Origin: Acidobacteriota bacterium
Lineage (GTDB): Bacteria; Acidobacteriota; UBA890; WLXD01
Direction: 5' to 3'
Assembly: GCA_965248695.1 (NCBI GenBank)
Contig: CBDFKD010000002.1
Location: 1,056,001 to 1,120,000 of the forward strand
Length of the DNA stretch: 64,000 bases
In this document: positions 31,969 to 42,864 of the stretch, one piece after another
Position numbering within the stretch: the stretch's first letter is position 1
Layout: every line of letters starts with the position of its first letter
Translations under genes and position numbers: made by a program
The notes under the pieces: model-generated
What the model saw: the letters and a program-made list of their open reading frames with translations, nothing else
Database searches by the model: none
Told to the model about the DNA's origin: nothing

Positions 31969-33589
31969 CCCACCCGCGTGGCGGCCAGCCGCGCGCAGCT
32001 CGGCGATCGTGTTGTGTGCGGCGTTGCTTGTCGTCATCGGTGCGCCGGTGCCGGCGGGCTCTCAGCAGCGGGGCTTCCGCCTGCAGGGCGGGGGCACCGG
32101 TGTATTCCTCGACGGCTCGGCGGACCACGTGATGCTGGCGCGCCCGAATCTCGATGGCACCGTTCGACTCGAGTGCGTCAGGGGTGACCGCCACACGGCG
32201 CGGGAGCTGCTCCGCGCGGCGGCCGACAGTCGACAACCGACGGCGGAGATGACGAGCCCGGACGCGCGCGAGGATGACCGGCGGGCGCGCAGCGGGCGGG
32301 CGGCGGTCGCGGCACAGATGCGATTCGATGCTGACTTTCCGACCGGCGTTGACGGTGCCGGCCGGGTACTGCTGTACATGCCCAAGCCGATCGAGTCCGG
32401 GTCGAGCGGGTCGCACTTTGATCGCTCCGCCAGCCCCGACCTGCTCATGGAGCCGTCGGTGTCCGACGTTCTACCATTCGCCGACGTCGATCTGACCGAC
32501 GACGCTCTGCGCGACATGGGGTGGCGGCAAGGAACGTTTCGCTCGGAGCTGCGCTTTACCGACGCCGACGGCAGCGGGTTCAACGACCCGTCGCTGGGGC
32601 CGACACGACAGGCGGCGATGCGCTTCGCGCTAGGCATCTGGGAGCGGCTGCTGGGCAGCGCCGCACCGGTGACGGTGGACGCCGGGTTCGACGACCTGTC
32701 GTGCTCCCCCGACGACGGCGCCGTGCTCGGACAGGCCGGACCGCAGTTCGTTTTTTCCGGATTCGCCGGCAGCAAGCCCGGCGTGGTGTATCCAGGTACT
32801 ACCGCGGAGTCGATCGCCCGGTCGGCGCTCGGGGATTCCGACGCCGCCGACATCGTGATCACCTTCAACTCCGCCGTTGATGACGCCTGCCTGGGGGCAG
32901 GAAGTAGCTGGTACTACGGCCTGGATGACAACGCAGCGCCGTCGCAAGTGGCCTTCCTGCCGGTAGCTCTCCACGAAATGGGGCACGGGCTCGGCTTCCT
33001 CGGGCTGACCAACCTCAACACCGGCGCCTTCAACTCCGGTCTCCCGGACATTCTGGCGACGATGACCTTCGACAACCAGCGCAATCGCACCTGGGACGAG
33101 TTGTCCGCTGCCGGGCGCCGCAAGTCCGCTGTGCGCGACGGCAAGGTAGCCTTCACAGGTGCCAGGACCACGCGCAAAGCGCGGACTCTGCTGCGGGGCG
33201 CCCAGGTCCTGCAGATCACCGATCCGGCGAACCTGGCCGGCACTCACGTAGTCGGCCGCGCGTTCTTCGGCCCGGAGCTCGACGAGGCGGGCGTGACCAA
33301 CGACCTGGCGCTCGTCGATGATGGGACCTCGACGCCGACGCTGGGTTGTGCTGCTCTGGTGAACGGCGACGAGATTGCCGGCAAGATCGCGGTGATCGAC
33401 CGCGGCGAATGCCGCTTCGACGCCAAGGTGCAGACCGCACAAGATGCCGGTGCCGTCGGGGTCGTGGTGATCAACAACGTCAGCGGATCGGCGATCAGCA
33501 TGGCTGGCGAGGACGGCTCGATCGTCATTCCCGCCGTCATGGTGGACAAGAAACTCGGCAACAAGATCAAGCGTCGCCTCAGGAAATAG
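31955..33589 (+). CDS. Secreted zinc metallopeptidase with PA domain (apparently circularly permuted)
   Basis: Signal peptide, HEMGHGLGF, PA domain GKIAVIDRGECRFDAKVQTAQDAGAVGVVVINN, SHFD...LMEP block located N-terminal to HExxH. Confidence 0.8.
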   Translation: MSGASPPAWRPAARSSAIVLCAALLVVIGAPVPAGSQQRGFRLQGGGTGVFLDGSADHVMLARPNLDGTVRLECVRGDRHTARELLRAAADSRQPTAEMTSPDAREDDRRARSGRAAVAAQMRFDADFPTGVDGAGRVLLYMPKPIESGSSGSHFDRSASPDLLMEPSVSDVLPFADVDLTDDALRDMGWRQGTFRSELRFTDADGSGFNDPSLGPTRQAAMRFALGIWERLLGSAAPVTVDAGFDDLSCSPDDGAVLGQAGPQFVFSGFAGSKPGVVYPGTTAESIARSALGDSDAADIVITFNSAVDDACLGAGSSWYYGLDDNAAPSQVAFLPVALHEMGHGLGFLGLTNLNTGAFNSGLPDILATMTFDNQRNRTWDELSAAGRRKSAVRDGKVAFTGARTTRKARTLLRGAQVLQITDPANLAGTHVVGRAFFGPELDEAGVTNDLALVDDGTSTPTLGCAALVNGDEIAGKIAVIDRGECRFDAKVQTAQDAGAVGVVVINNVSGSAISMAGEDGSIVIPAVMVDKKLGNKIKRRLRK

Positions 33590-33604
33590 ACGCGGGTTTT
33601 CGCG

Positions 33605-33742
33605 ATGATCGAGAAGCAGACGGCGTTCGCTGAGCGCCTCGTACACGACGACGACTGGATCACGGTGTGGTGGCGCGATGGCACGCAGAGTCGTTTTCCG
33701 GCCATCTGGTTACGCCACAACGTGCCCGGCGGACGAGCGTGA
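33605..33742 (+). pseudogene. Gamma-butyrobetaine hydroxylase-like (TmpA-like) N-terminal remnant
   Basis: Manual translation MIEKQTAFAERLVHDDDWITVWWRDGTQSRFPAIWLRHNVPGGRA*; matches the GBBH N-terminal W.DG..S.F...WLR.N pattern. Confidence 0.6.
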
Positions 33743-34035
33743 TCGTCGACCAGATTGAAGAGCTCTATCGGGCTCGGGGCCACGAGAGCTACGGCGCCGT
33801 CGACCCGGAGTACGCGAACAGCCTGTCTCACGTTTCGCGACACACGCTCGACAAGCAGGGCGGGCCGATGTCGCCCGACGAGCAGCTCCAGTTCGAAGCC
33901 AACCCGCACCGTCGCGACGGGCTGCGCCTACGCAGGTGGGAAGACTCTCAGGGCAAGCTCACCGGTCACCGACTGGTGGCGTGGTCGCACTTCCGCCCGC
34001 TGCTGGAGAGCCTTGCCACTGCACCCGAGGGGTGA
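33739..34035 (+). pseudogene. PhnZ/TmpB-like HD-domain oxygenase remnant with internal in-frame deletion
   Basis: IEELYRARGHESYG joined to AVDPEY..LS..S..TL..QGGPM...LRLRRWED; the HD motif region is missing; GTGA overlap with the upstream remnant. Confidence 0.7.
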
Positions 34036-34135
34036 ACGCCGATCCGCGAACCGCACGAAGCGACCTCCGCCCGGCTTGAATCCCGCTGAGCGTTTCTCCC
34101 AACCTGCCGAGTCTCGAAAGCCCAGGAGGCAAACC

Positions 34136-35728
34136 ATGCGTTCATCCCGACGATTCAGCGTCGCGTTGCTGTTGGTCCTGACGTCAACGGCGCTCGCTCC
34201 GACCGCCGCTGTGACAGCACAGACTGCCGGCGTCGCTGCCGCCCCGACGACCGGGAGCGAGATCAGCCTGTCAGCGGAGTTCGACGTCTGGGCGCTGGAG
34301 CTGCTCGAGGAATGGCATATCCCGGGCCTGGCGGTGGGAGCGACCGTCAACGGCGAGGTCGTGCTGCTGAAGGGTTATGGCTGGCGGGACGTCGAGAACC
34401 GTCTGCCGGTGACCCCCGACACATTGATGGCGATCGGCTCGAACTCGAAGTCGTTCACGGTATTGCTCATGGCGCAGCTGGTCGACGAGGGAAAGCTCGA
34501 CTGGGACGCGCCGGTGCGCCGCTACCTTCCCGATTTCCGCATGTATGACGATTACGCCACCGAGCACATGCGGGTGAAGGATCTGGTAACTCACGTCTCC
34601 GGACTGCCGCGGCACGATGTCCTCTGGTACGGACGTAGCTTCGATCGGGAGCAGCTCTTTGAGCGTCTGCGCTACCTGGAGCCGACGCTATCGTTTCGCG
34701 CTGGCTACCAGTACCAGAACCTGATGTTCATGACCGCTGGATACCTGGTCGAGCGGATCACCGGGCGCTCCTGGGATGACCTCATCCGCGAGCGCATCTT
34801 CGAGCCCCTCGACATGCAGCGCTCCAACACGTCGGTTATCGACATGCCGGGCTCTGGGGACTTCGCCTGGCCCTACGAGGTCCGCAACGACGAGCCCGGG
34901 CGCGTGCCCTTCCGCAACATCGATAGTGTCGGGCCGGCCGGGTCGATCAACTCCAGCGTGACGGAGATGCTGCGCTACATCGATACGCGAATCGGGGGCG
35001 GCGAAAGCGGCGACGTCCGCATTGTGTCCGAAGAGCAGGAACGACAGATCAAGCGGCCGCACTCGGTTTCATCGGGAGGTATTTCCGGGCCGATCTACCC
35101 GGAGCTCGGGCCCTCGACGTATGGGCTCGGCCTGGCGGTGAGCTCGTACCGCGGACACCGGGTGGTGAACCATGGCGGCGGCATCGACGGGTTCATCTCA
35201 CAGATGGCGTGGCTTCCGGACGCCGGCGTCGGAGTGATGGCGTTGACCAATGGCGCCGGTGCCGCCAACCCGGTGCCGGATCTCGTCATGCGGCGGCTGT
35301 TCGACGAGCTGACCGGGCTCGACCCCATCGACTGGAACGCTCGCGTCCGCGAGCGCATCGCTGAGGGGCTCGCCCAGGCCGAAGCGGAGAGGGAGAAGGT
35401 CGCGGCCTCGAGGGTGCCCGGAACCTCGCCGAGCCATGGGCTGGATGACTACGCCGGTACATACGTGCATCCTGGCTACGGGACGGTGCAGGTCGCCGTC
35501 GGAGAGCAGGGCCTGGAGGTGACGTTCGATCAGTTCCGCGCCGGCCTCAAGCACCACCACTACGATGTGTTCGAGCTCGACGAGGAAGCACTCCCGGAGG
35601 CCGATCGGAGCGAGGGCGTTCTCCAGGGGCTAGTCGCCTTCCGCATGAGCAAGGCGGGAACGATCATCAGCGTCGAGTTGCCGCTGGAGCCGGCCGGAGC
35701 CGACATCGTGTTCGAGCGTTCCGAATAG
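34136..35728 (+). CDS. Serine hydrolase, beta-lactamase class C-like, with DUF3471-like C-terminal domain
   Basis: Signal peptide, SNSK, YQN, HGGGIDGF, YAGTYVHPGYG. Confidence 0.9.
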   Translation: MRSSRRFSVALLLVLTSTALAPTAAVTAQTAGVAAAPTTGSEISLSAEFDVWALELLEEWHIPGLAVGATVNGEVVLLKGYGWRDVENRLPVTPDTLMAIGSNSKSFTVLLMAQLVDEGKLDWDAPVRRYLPDFRMYDDYATEHMRVKDLVTHVSGLPRHDVLWYGRSFDREQLFERLRYLEPTLSFRAGYQYQNLMFMTAGYLVERITGRSWDDLIRERIFEPLDMQRSNTSVIDMPGSGDFAWPYEVRNDEPGRVPFRNIDSVGPAGSINSSVTEMLRYIDTRIGGGESGDVRIVSEEQERQIKRPHSVSSGGISGPIYPELGPSTYGLGLAVSSYRGHRVVNHGGGIDGFISQMAWLPDAGVGVMALTNGAGAANPVPDLVMRRLFDELTGLDPIDWNARVRERIAEGLAQAEAEREKVAASRVPGTSPSHGLDDYAGTYVHPGYGTVQVAVGEQGLEVTFDQFRAGLKHHHYDVFELDEEALPEADRSEGVLQGLVAFRMSKAGTIISVELPLEPAGADIVFERSE

Positions 35729-36054
35729 CCGCGGGCCGCGAGCAGCGCGCACAGTACGGCTCGCCGCACACCACCAGAGGCGGTGACGACGGGGGGCGAC
35801 AAGGGCGCATGCGTCTAGGCATCACTGCGTTTCGGTGACTGTTGCGCACTGTCAAGCGTCAACCGGAGCCTGCTCAGTGGCGTCCCATCGGCGCTGGCGG
35901 CCAGGTCCGGCCGTGGCCTCGGGAATCGGCGACAGCCGCCAGACGCGCGGCGACACGAGTGCGCATAGCTGGCGCCCGGGTGGGGCCAGGCAGACGCAGC
36001 CGCCTGTCGGGCGGCCGGACTGGCAGTCGCGGCGTGCCGCGGGCGCGTCGGGTG

Positions 36055-37470
<1,416 letters not shown>

Positions 37471-37471
37471 C

Positions 37472-37771
37472 TCAGCCCTCTCCCTGGCCCTTCTTGCGGA
37501 ACATCGCGAACATGCGGTCGGTCACCAGATAGCCGCCGACGACGTTGATCGTGGCGCAGGCGACGGCCAGCGTTCCGAGAATGATGGTGACGCGCTCGTT
37601 GCCGCCGCGTAGCGACAGCAACGCCCCGACGATAGTGATTCCGGAGATCGCGTTGGAGCCGCTCATCAGCGGGGTGTGCAGCTGCGACGGCACGCGTGAG
37701 ATGAGCTCGAAGCCGAGAAAGATGGCGAGCATCAAGATGAACAGCAGGAAAACGATCGTCTGAGCGTCCAT
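37472..37771 (-). CDS. pntA: NAD(P) transhydrogenase alpha subunit part 2
   Basis: VPSQLHTPLMSGSNAISG, NVVGGYLVTDRM. Confidence 0.95.
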   Translation of the reverse strand: MDAQTIVFLLFILMLAIFLGFELISRVPSQLHTPLMSGSNAISGITIVGALLSLRGGNERVTIILGTLAVACATINVVGGYLVTDRMFAMFRKKGQGEG

Positions 37772-37826
37772 GGAGATTCGAAAGTGCCTCTGTAGGTGGT
37801 GGCTCGGTGTCAGTTGCCGTCCGGTA

Positions 37827-38969
37827 TCAGTCGCCGGCGTATGCCTTGTTGAGCATCTCGTTGACGATCTCGCCGCCGCAGGTGATGAGCGCACCGGCCA
37901 TGATCTCGTCGTCGCGATCCAGCTTCATGCTCTTGGCTTCGTCGTCCCAGAAATGGGTGAGGAAGTTGATCAAGTTGTTCGAGTACATCTGGCTGGCGTG
38001 AACCGCGACGTGTCCTGGTAGGTTGTCGCGCCCGACGATCAACACCCCGCCTACTTCGACCTCTTCGTTGAGCCGCGTCCCGGCGACGTTGCCGCCCTGC
38101 TCGCTCGCCGCCATGTCAACGATCACGCTCCCGGGCTTCATGCCGGCGACCATTTCCTCATTGAGGATCAACGGCGGCTTGCGCCCGAAGAGCTTCGCTG
38201 TCGTGATGACCACATCGGACGCGGCGCAGACCTTCGCCATTCCCTGGCGCTGTAGCTCGAGTTGCTCGGCGGTCAGCTCCCGGGCGTAACCGCCCTCTGT
38301 CTGACCCGTGTCGCCCAGGTCGATCTTGACGAATCTGGCACCGAGCGACTTGACCTGTTCTTCGACCACCGGGCGCGTATCGAACGCGTTGACGCGAGCC
38401 CCCATGCGCTTGGCGGTGGCGATGGCCTGCAGACCGGCCACGCCGGCGCCGATCACGAAGACGCGCGAAGGTCTCAAGGTGCCCGACGGGGTCATCATCA
38501 TCGGGTAGGCCTTGGCGAGCCGGTCGGCGGCAAGCACCACTGCGGCATAGCCTGCCAGGCTTGCCTGTGAGCTCAGCGCATCCATCTTCTGCGCCAGCGT
38601 CGTACGTGGGATCAGCTCGATGCACACGGCGCTGACTTGCCGCGCCGCCAGCGAGTCGACCAGCGGTTGGTTGAAGAACGGATCGAGATGGCTCACGTGA
38701 ACGCTGCCGGCAGCGAGCAGGTCGACGTCCGAGATGGGCGGCGGGTTCAAGCGCAGCACTACGTCGGCGCCTCCCAGAAGGGCCGCGCGGTCAGCCACGA
38801 CCGCGGCGCCGGCCTCCTCGTAGCTCGCATCGGGGGCGCTCACCGTGGCGCCAACCCCTGCCTCGACACTGACCTCGGCGCCCATATGCACGAGCTTCGC
38901 GATGCCCTCCGGCACTACCGGTACGCGCGGCTCGTCGACCTTGGCTTCGCGCGGAACGGCGATCTTCAT
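37827..38969 (-). CDS. pntA: NAD(P) transhydrogenase alpha subunit part 1
   Basis: MKIAVPRE, AQKMDALSSQASLAGY, GAGVAGLQAIATA, ASQMYSNN. Confidence 0.95.
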   Translation of the reverse strand: MKIAVPREAKVDEPRVPVVPEGIAKLVHMGAEVSVEAGVGATVSAPDASYEEAGAAVVADRAALLGGADVVLRLNPPPISDVDLLAAGSVHVSHLDPFFNQPLVDSLAARQVSAVCIELIPRTTLAQKMDALSSQASLAGYAAVVLAADRLAKAYPMMMTPSGTLRPSRVFVIGAGVAGLQAIATAKRMGARVNAFDTRPVVEEQVKSLGARFVKIDLGDTGQTEGGYARELTAEQLELQRQGMAKVCAASDVVITTAKLFGRKPPLILNEEMVAGMKPGSVIVDMAASEQGGNVAGTRLNEEVEVGGVLIVGRDNLPGHVAVHASQMYSNNLINFLTHFWDDEAKSMKLDRDDEIMAGALITCGGEIVNEMLNKAYAGD

Positions 38970-39177
38970 GCGTAGCTTTCCTTGCTCGGTAGGTGCGTGA
39001 ATGAGGCGCCGCAGCGAAGGGGCAGTTGCGAAGCACGGCGACAGGTTGATTGTCCTAGACCGGCGACGGGGCCGCAAACCACCGTGCCGGCGGCGGCCGA
39101 CGAACCGACCCGCCTCCAGTCGCGTTAAGCGACTGCTACGCGGAGCCTGCGCCGTGATGAAGGACGCCGGTCTGCGC

Positions 39178-41379
39178 TCAGCCCTCGTAGTAGCGGCGCG
39201 GCATCCAGGCGAAGCCTTGACGAGCTCCACCCGCTGCGCTCCGCGCCGACGTGACCTCGTTACAGGCCCCGACGATATCGTCGGCGGATAGAACGCAGAC
39301 CTTCTCGAGTGCCAGTGACTGCGGCACGCCCGGCAGGTTCTTCTGCCCCACAGCGCGGGTGGGCAGGTTGGTGAAGCGCTCCACAGCGTGCCCCTGGATG
39401 GAGCGCGCGAAGCCAGCGAACGGGCGATCTTCGGCCGCCACCACCAGCCGGCCCGTACGGCCAATGCTCTGATAGACCGAGTCGAGGTCGGGAGGTACCA
39501 GGGTGCGAAGATCAATCACCTCCGCCTCGACGCCGTCGTCGGCCAGCGTGTCCGCGGCCTCGAGCGCGGTGTACACGGCTCGTCCCCAGGCCACGATCGT
39601 CACGTCGCCGCCAGAGCGTCGGATGGCGGCCTTGGAAAACGGTACCCGCAAGCTGGGATCTATATGCGGCACCTCGCCACGCATGATGCCGCGCTTCAGC
39701 CGCTCGATCTCGTCCTCGTCTGTCGGCTCGCCCGGCAGCGTCGGTCCGAGCGTGAGGCGGTAGGCAAACTTGGGCTCCAGAACCACCACCGGGCCGCCGT
39801 ACTCGGCGGCGGTCATCAGCAAGCCATAGGCGTCGAAGCTGGTGGACGGCATCAGCAGCACGAGTCCCGGAATGGAAGCGAAATAGCTCTCGCAGCTCAT
39901 CGAGTGATAGATCGCACCGCCACCGAAGGGATCGGTCGGCATACGCAGGATCACGCTCGCCGATGCCTTGCCGTTCGAGGCCCAGTGGAAGTTGCCGAGG
40001 TGGATCAGCCAGTGGAAGGCGTTGAAGGAGTAGTCGCCGAACTGGATCTCGGGCAGCGCCACGAGATCAGAGTGGAGGCTCGCACCCATCGCCGTCCCGA
40101 CGATCAGGGGTTCGTTCAGCGGCGCGTCGAATACCCGGTCCGGGTGCCGCTCCTTGAGGCCGGCAGTTGCCTGCATCACACCGCCGAGTCGTGCTACGTC
40201 CTGGCCCCACAGCACGCCGCCGTGTCGATCGATGATGCGATCGAGGGCACTGCGCACGGCGCCGGCGTAGGTGATGTTCGTGGTGCCCGAGGCGGCGGGC
40301 TCGTCGACCTCCGGGAAGGGTAGGTAGACGTGCTCGAACAACGAGTCTGGCGACGGGTCCGGCTCCGCACGGACCTGCTTGATCAGGGCACGAACATGCT
40401 CCATCTCGGCATCCATGATGCGACCAGGCTCGTGATGCACGAAAAAGTCACGACCCTCGCCCTGCTTGCGTTGCAGGATGTCGTCGTGCTCCAGCACGCT
40501 GCGTTCGACGAGCTGTTCGCCGAACGCGATCAACGGGTCGTCCTGGGACAGATCGAAGGTAACGTCGGCGGCCGAGCTGTGGCCGTTGAACCGCGGTAGA
40601 TGCTTGACGTGGAGGACCACGCCACTCTGCTTGTCGCGCACGTGGCCAGCGACATCCATGGTGGTGCTGTAGACGTCCCAGAAGTCGCGCCCGTCGCACT
40701 CGAAGTGCGCCAGATCGAAGGCGCTGGCATAGGCGGCGTAATCCTTGATGCCCTGGCCTTCCTCCGGAAGCGTGCTGATGGCGACGTTGTTGTCGGTCAC
40801 CATGATGATCAGGGGCAGCTGCCAGACGCTGGCCGCGTTCATCGCGTCGTGCAGGTCACCTTCGGCGGTGGTGCCGTCGCCGATGATCGCCATGGCGACG
40901 CTGTGCTCGCGCCCCTTGATCTTGTAGCCCATCGCATAACCGGCCGCTTTGTCGAGCTGCATTCCGACCGGGCTCTGGAGCGGCAGGATGCCCAGCTCCG
41001 GATAGTAGAGATGGTTGACCATCTGTCGGGCGCGGCTGAGCTCGTCGGTGTCTCGGGAGAACTGCTGGCGCATGAGGTCGGTTACGAAGTTCTCGTAGCC
41101 TTGCAGCTCCAACCACATCGACACCAGGGCGTAGGACCGGTAGTGCGGCACGAAACCGAAATCGTCGCGGCCGAGAGCGTGGGCCAGGGCAAGCGCGGTG
41201 GCTACACCGTGAACCTCCTCGCCCGGACCCCAGATGGCGAACTTGATCTCGCCCCGGTTGACGAAGCGGACGACGAACTCCTCGGCGGCGCGTGAGCGCA
41301 CGGCGACGCGATAGGCGTGCCGGAGCTCTTCGGCAGTGGGTTCTACCTGCGCCAGGGCGTCAGTTTCGGCCTGCTCCAT
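39178..41379 (-). CDS. 2-oxoacid dehydrogenase E1, fused alpha+beta (branched-chain type)
   Basis: TPP motif GDGTTAEGD...DNN, GHSS, GQDVARLGG, DAPLNE, EIQFGDY, EVIDLRTLVP. Confidence 0.9.
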   Translation of the reverse strand: MEQAETDALAQVEPTAEELRHAYRVAVRSRAAEEFVVRFVNRGEIKFAIWGPGEEVHGVATALALAHALGRDDFGFVPHYRSYALVSMWLELQGYENFVTDLMRQQFSRDTDELSRARQMVNHLYYPELGILPLQSPVGMQLDKAAGYAMGYKIKGREHSVAMAIIGDGTTAEGDLHDAMNAASVWQLPLIIMVTDNNVAISTLPEEGQGIKDYAAYASAFDLAHFECDGRDFWDVYSTTMDVAGHVRDKQSGVVLHVKHLPRFNGHSSAADVTFDLSQDDPLIAFGEQLVERSVLEHDDILQRKQGEGRDFFVHHEPGRIMDAEMEHVRALIKQVRAEPDPSPDSLFEHVYLPFPEVDEPAASGTTNITYAGAVRSALDRIIDRHGGVLWGQDVARLGGVMQATAGLKERHPDRVFDAPLNEPLIVGTAMGASLHSDLVALPEIQFGDYSFNAFHWLIHLGNFHWASNGKASASVILRMPTDPFGGGAIYHSMSCESYFASIPGLVLLMPSTSFDAYGLLMTAAEYGGPVVVLEPKFAYRLTLGPTLPGEPTDEDEIERLKRGIMRGEVPHIDPSLRVPFSKAAIRRSGGDVTIVAWGRAVYTALEAADTLADDGVEAEVIDLRTLVPPDLDSVYQSIGRTGRLVVAAEDRPFAGFARSIQGHAVERFTNLPTRAVGQKNLPGVPQSLALEKVCVLSADDIVGACNEVTSARSAAGGARQGFAWMPRRYYEG

Positions 41380-41565
41380 ACAGATCTCCTGTCTGGGGCG
41401 ACCACCGACGTGGTCATGAACGTCTAGCGGACGCCACGCCACGCACCTCGCCCGTTCGGTGCGGCGCTTCGCGACGGCGCGACTCCACGGCGGGGGCTGG
41501 TTGAACCGCCACGGCGCTGCCGTTTGAGCCCTTGGATTGGTGGCGAAAACTGTCGCGAAGGCGGC

Positions 41566-41574
41566 ATTATACCA
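41566..41574 (-). promoter_or_regulatory. Extended -10 promoter for the E1 gene
   Basis: TGGTATAAT on the minus strand about 190 bp upstream of the start. Confidence 0.5.
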
Positions 41575-41676
41575 ACTACAGCTTGGGGCCTGTTCAACCG
41601 GCCCGGGCGAACAAACAATCGGCCCACGCCAGGGAGGTGGCGTGGGCCGGGGGGTAGGCTTGGCAGTAGGGCCAGC

Positions 41677-42333
41677 TCAGCCGGCGTTGACGACGGCGGC
41701 CTCCTTCGCGTACTGGAGCGCATCCAGGACGTAGAACGGGACGAATCCGGGTCCACCGAAGCCACCGTAGATGCGGTAGCTGCTACGTGCCGCGTGCCTC
41801 ACGAACGCGATGGCAACCTGCCCGTAGACGCTGTCGAAGCCGCGATCCGCTCCGCGCTCACCGACCGTGTAGTACGTCCACACCGCTGCGTCACCGGAGT
41901 AGCCGAACACCGGCCGGACATAGTCTGGACGACCGAGGACGATGTGTACGAAGCCGCGATCAGACTTCCAGCCGCGCGGGAAGTCGTGATAGCGATCGTT
42001 GGTCATCGCCACGCGCTCGTAGAACATTCGCTTGAAGTTGTTTCCGGCGACCTTTTGATCCTCATCGCGTAGGTCCCAGAATTCGGCGATGAAGTCACCG
42101 CGCTCCTCGGTGGTATTGAGGCCTTTAAAGACCTTGCGCTCGTTGTCGAGGATGATGTAGTCGACGGGGCCATCCAGCCACGCGTCTGGATTGGCCTCGA
42201 AGTACGCCATTGCCCCGGAGCCGGTCTCGGGGAACTCCTTGAACGGCGCCGAGGCCGACACTACTGCCGGCAGCAAAGCCACCATGCTGACGGTGGCGAC
42301 AAAACTCGTGAGTCGGCGATTTCGAGCTCGCAT
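41677..42333 (-). CDS. GWxTD domain-containing secreted protein
   Basis: Signal peptide, FIAEFW, GWKSDRGFVHIVLGRPD; AGGAGG RBS. Confidence 0.88.
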   Translation of the reverse strand: MRARNRRLTSFVATVSMVALLPAVVSASAPFKEFPETGSGAMAYFEANPDAWLDGPVDYIILDNERKVFKGLNTTEERGDFIAEFWDLRDEDQKVAGNNFKRMFYERVAMTNDRYHDFPRGWKSDRGFVHIVLGRPDYVRPVFGYSGDAAVWTYYTVGERGADRGFDSVYGQVAIAFVRHAARSSYRIYGGFGGPGFVPFYVLDALQYAKEAAVVNAG

Positions 42334-42464
42334 TTCGTTCCTCCTGGTTGGTTTGCCGCGTTGGACAACACGGCCTCGTTCTTGCGACCCTGGCCGGCAG
42401 CGGTCGGTGCCGGGCGCCTAGGGCGCCGACCGCCGGGAGCAGCCTGGGTTGCACCAACCATCTT

Positions 42465-42480
42465 CGCAAGGCGCGTGCCA
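42465..42480 (-). promoter_or_regulatory. Sigma54 (-24/-12) promoter for the GWxTD gene
   Basis: TGGCAC-GCGCC-TTGCG on the minus strand, about 130 bp upstream of the start. Confidence 0.65.
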
Positions 42481-42864
42481 GAAGCCGCCGCGAGCGTCGG
42501 TCGGGCGCGGAGGCTGCGCTGTCAGGCTGCCGAATCGACTGGAAACAATGCGTTTATCGGCTGCAGGTGGGCAGCGCGTCAGTGCGGCAGCGGGTCACGG
42601 GGACGGCGCTGAGGCGGTTCCGCGGGGCTCCGCGAGTGGCGGCGGGCCGACAGCGACGTCCTGACGTCACTTCGAGATGGCGATATGTCGACGCTTCTGG
42701 CGGCTGCCGGTGGCCCTTCCCGGCCGATTTCGGTGCGGCGCTCGGCGCAGACGGGTTTGGTCGCACCGCTGCGTCGGTCGTCGGTCTATTCACGTCGGCC
42801 GCTCGCCTGGGGCCTGTCCGTCCTATAGAACAGGAACCCCACACCTCGCCCGGGGAGTCCGCGA

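Noticed and set aside
35729-36054. Possible sRNA or promoter between convergent genes (TTGACA on the minus strand near 35850)
   Set aside because: No properly spaced -10 and no convincing structure
39178-41379. Fused E1 alpha/beta without adjacent E2/E3
   Set aside because: Such fusions and dispersed E2/E3 genes are common
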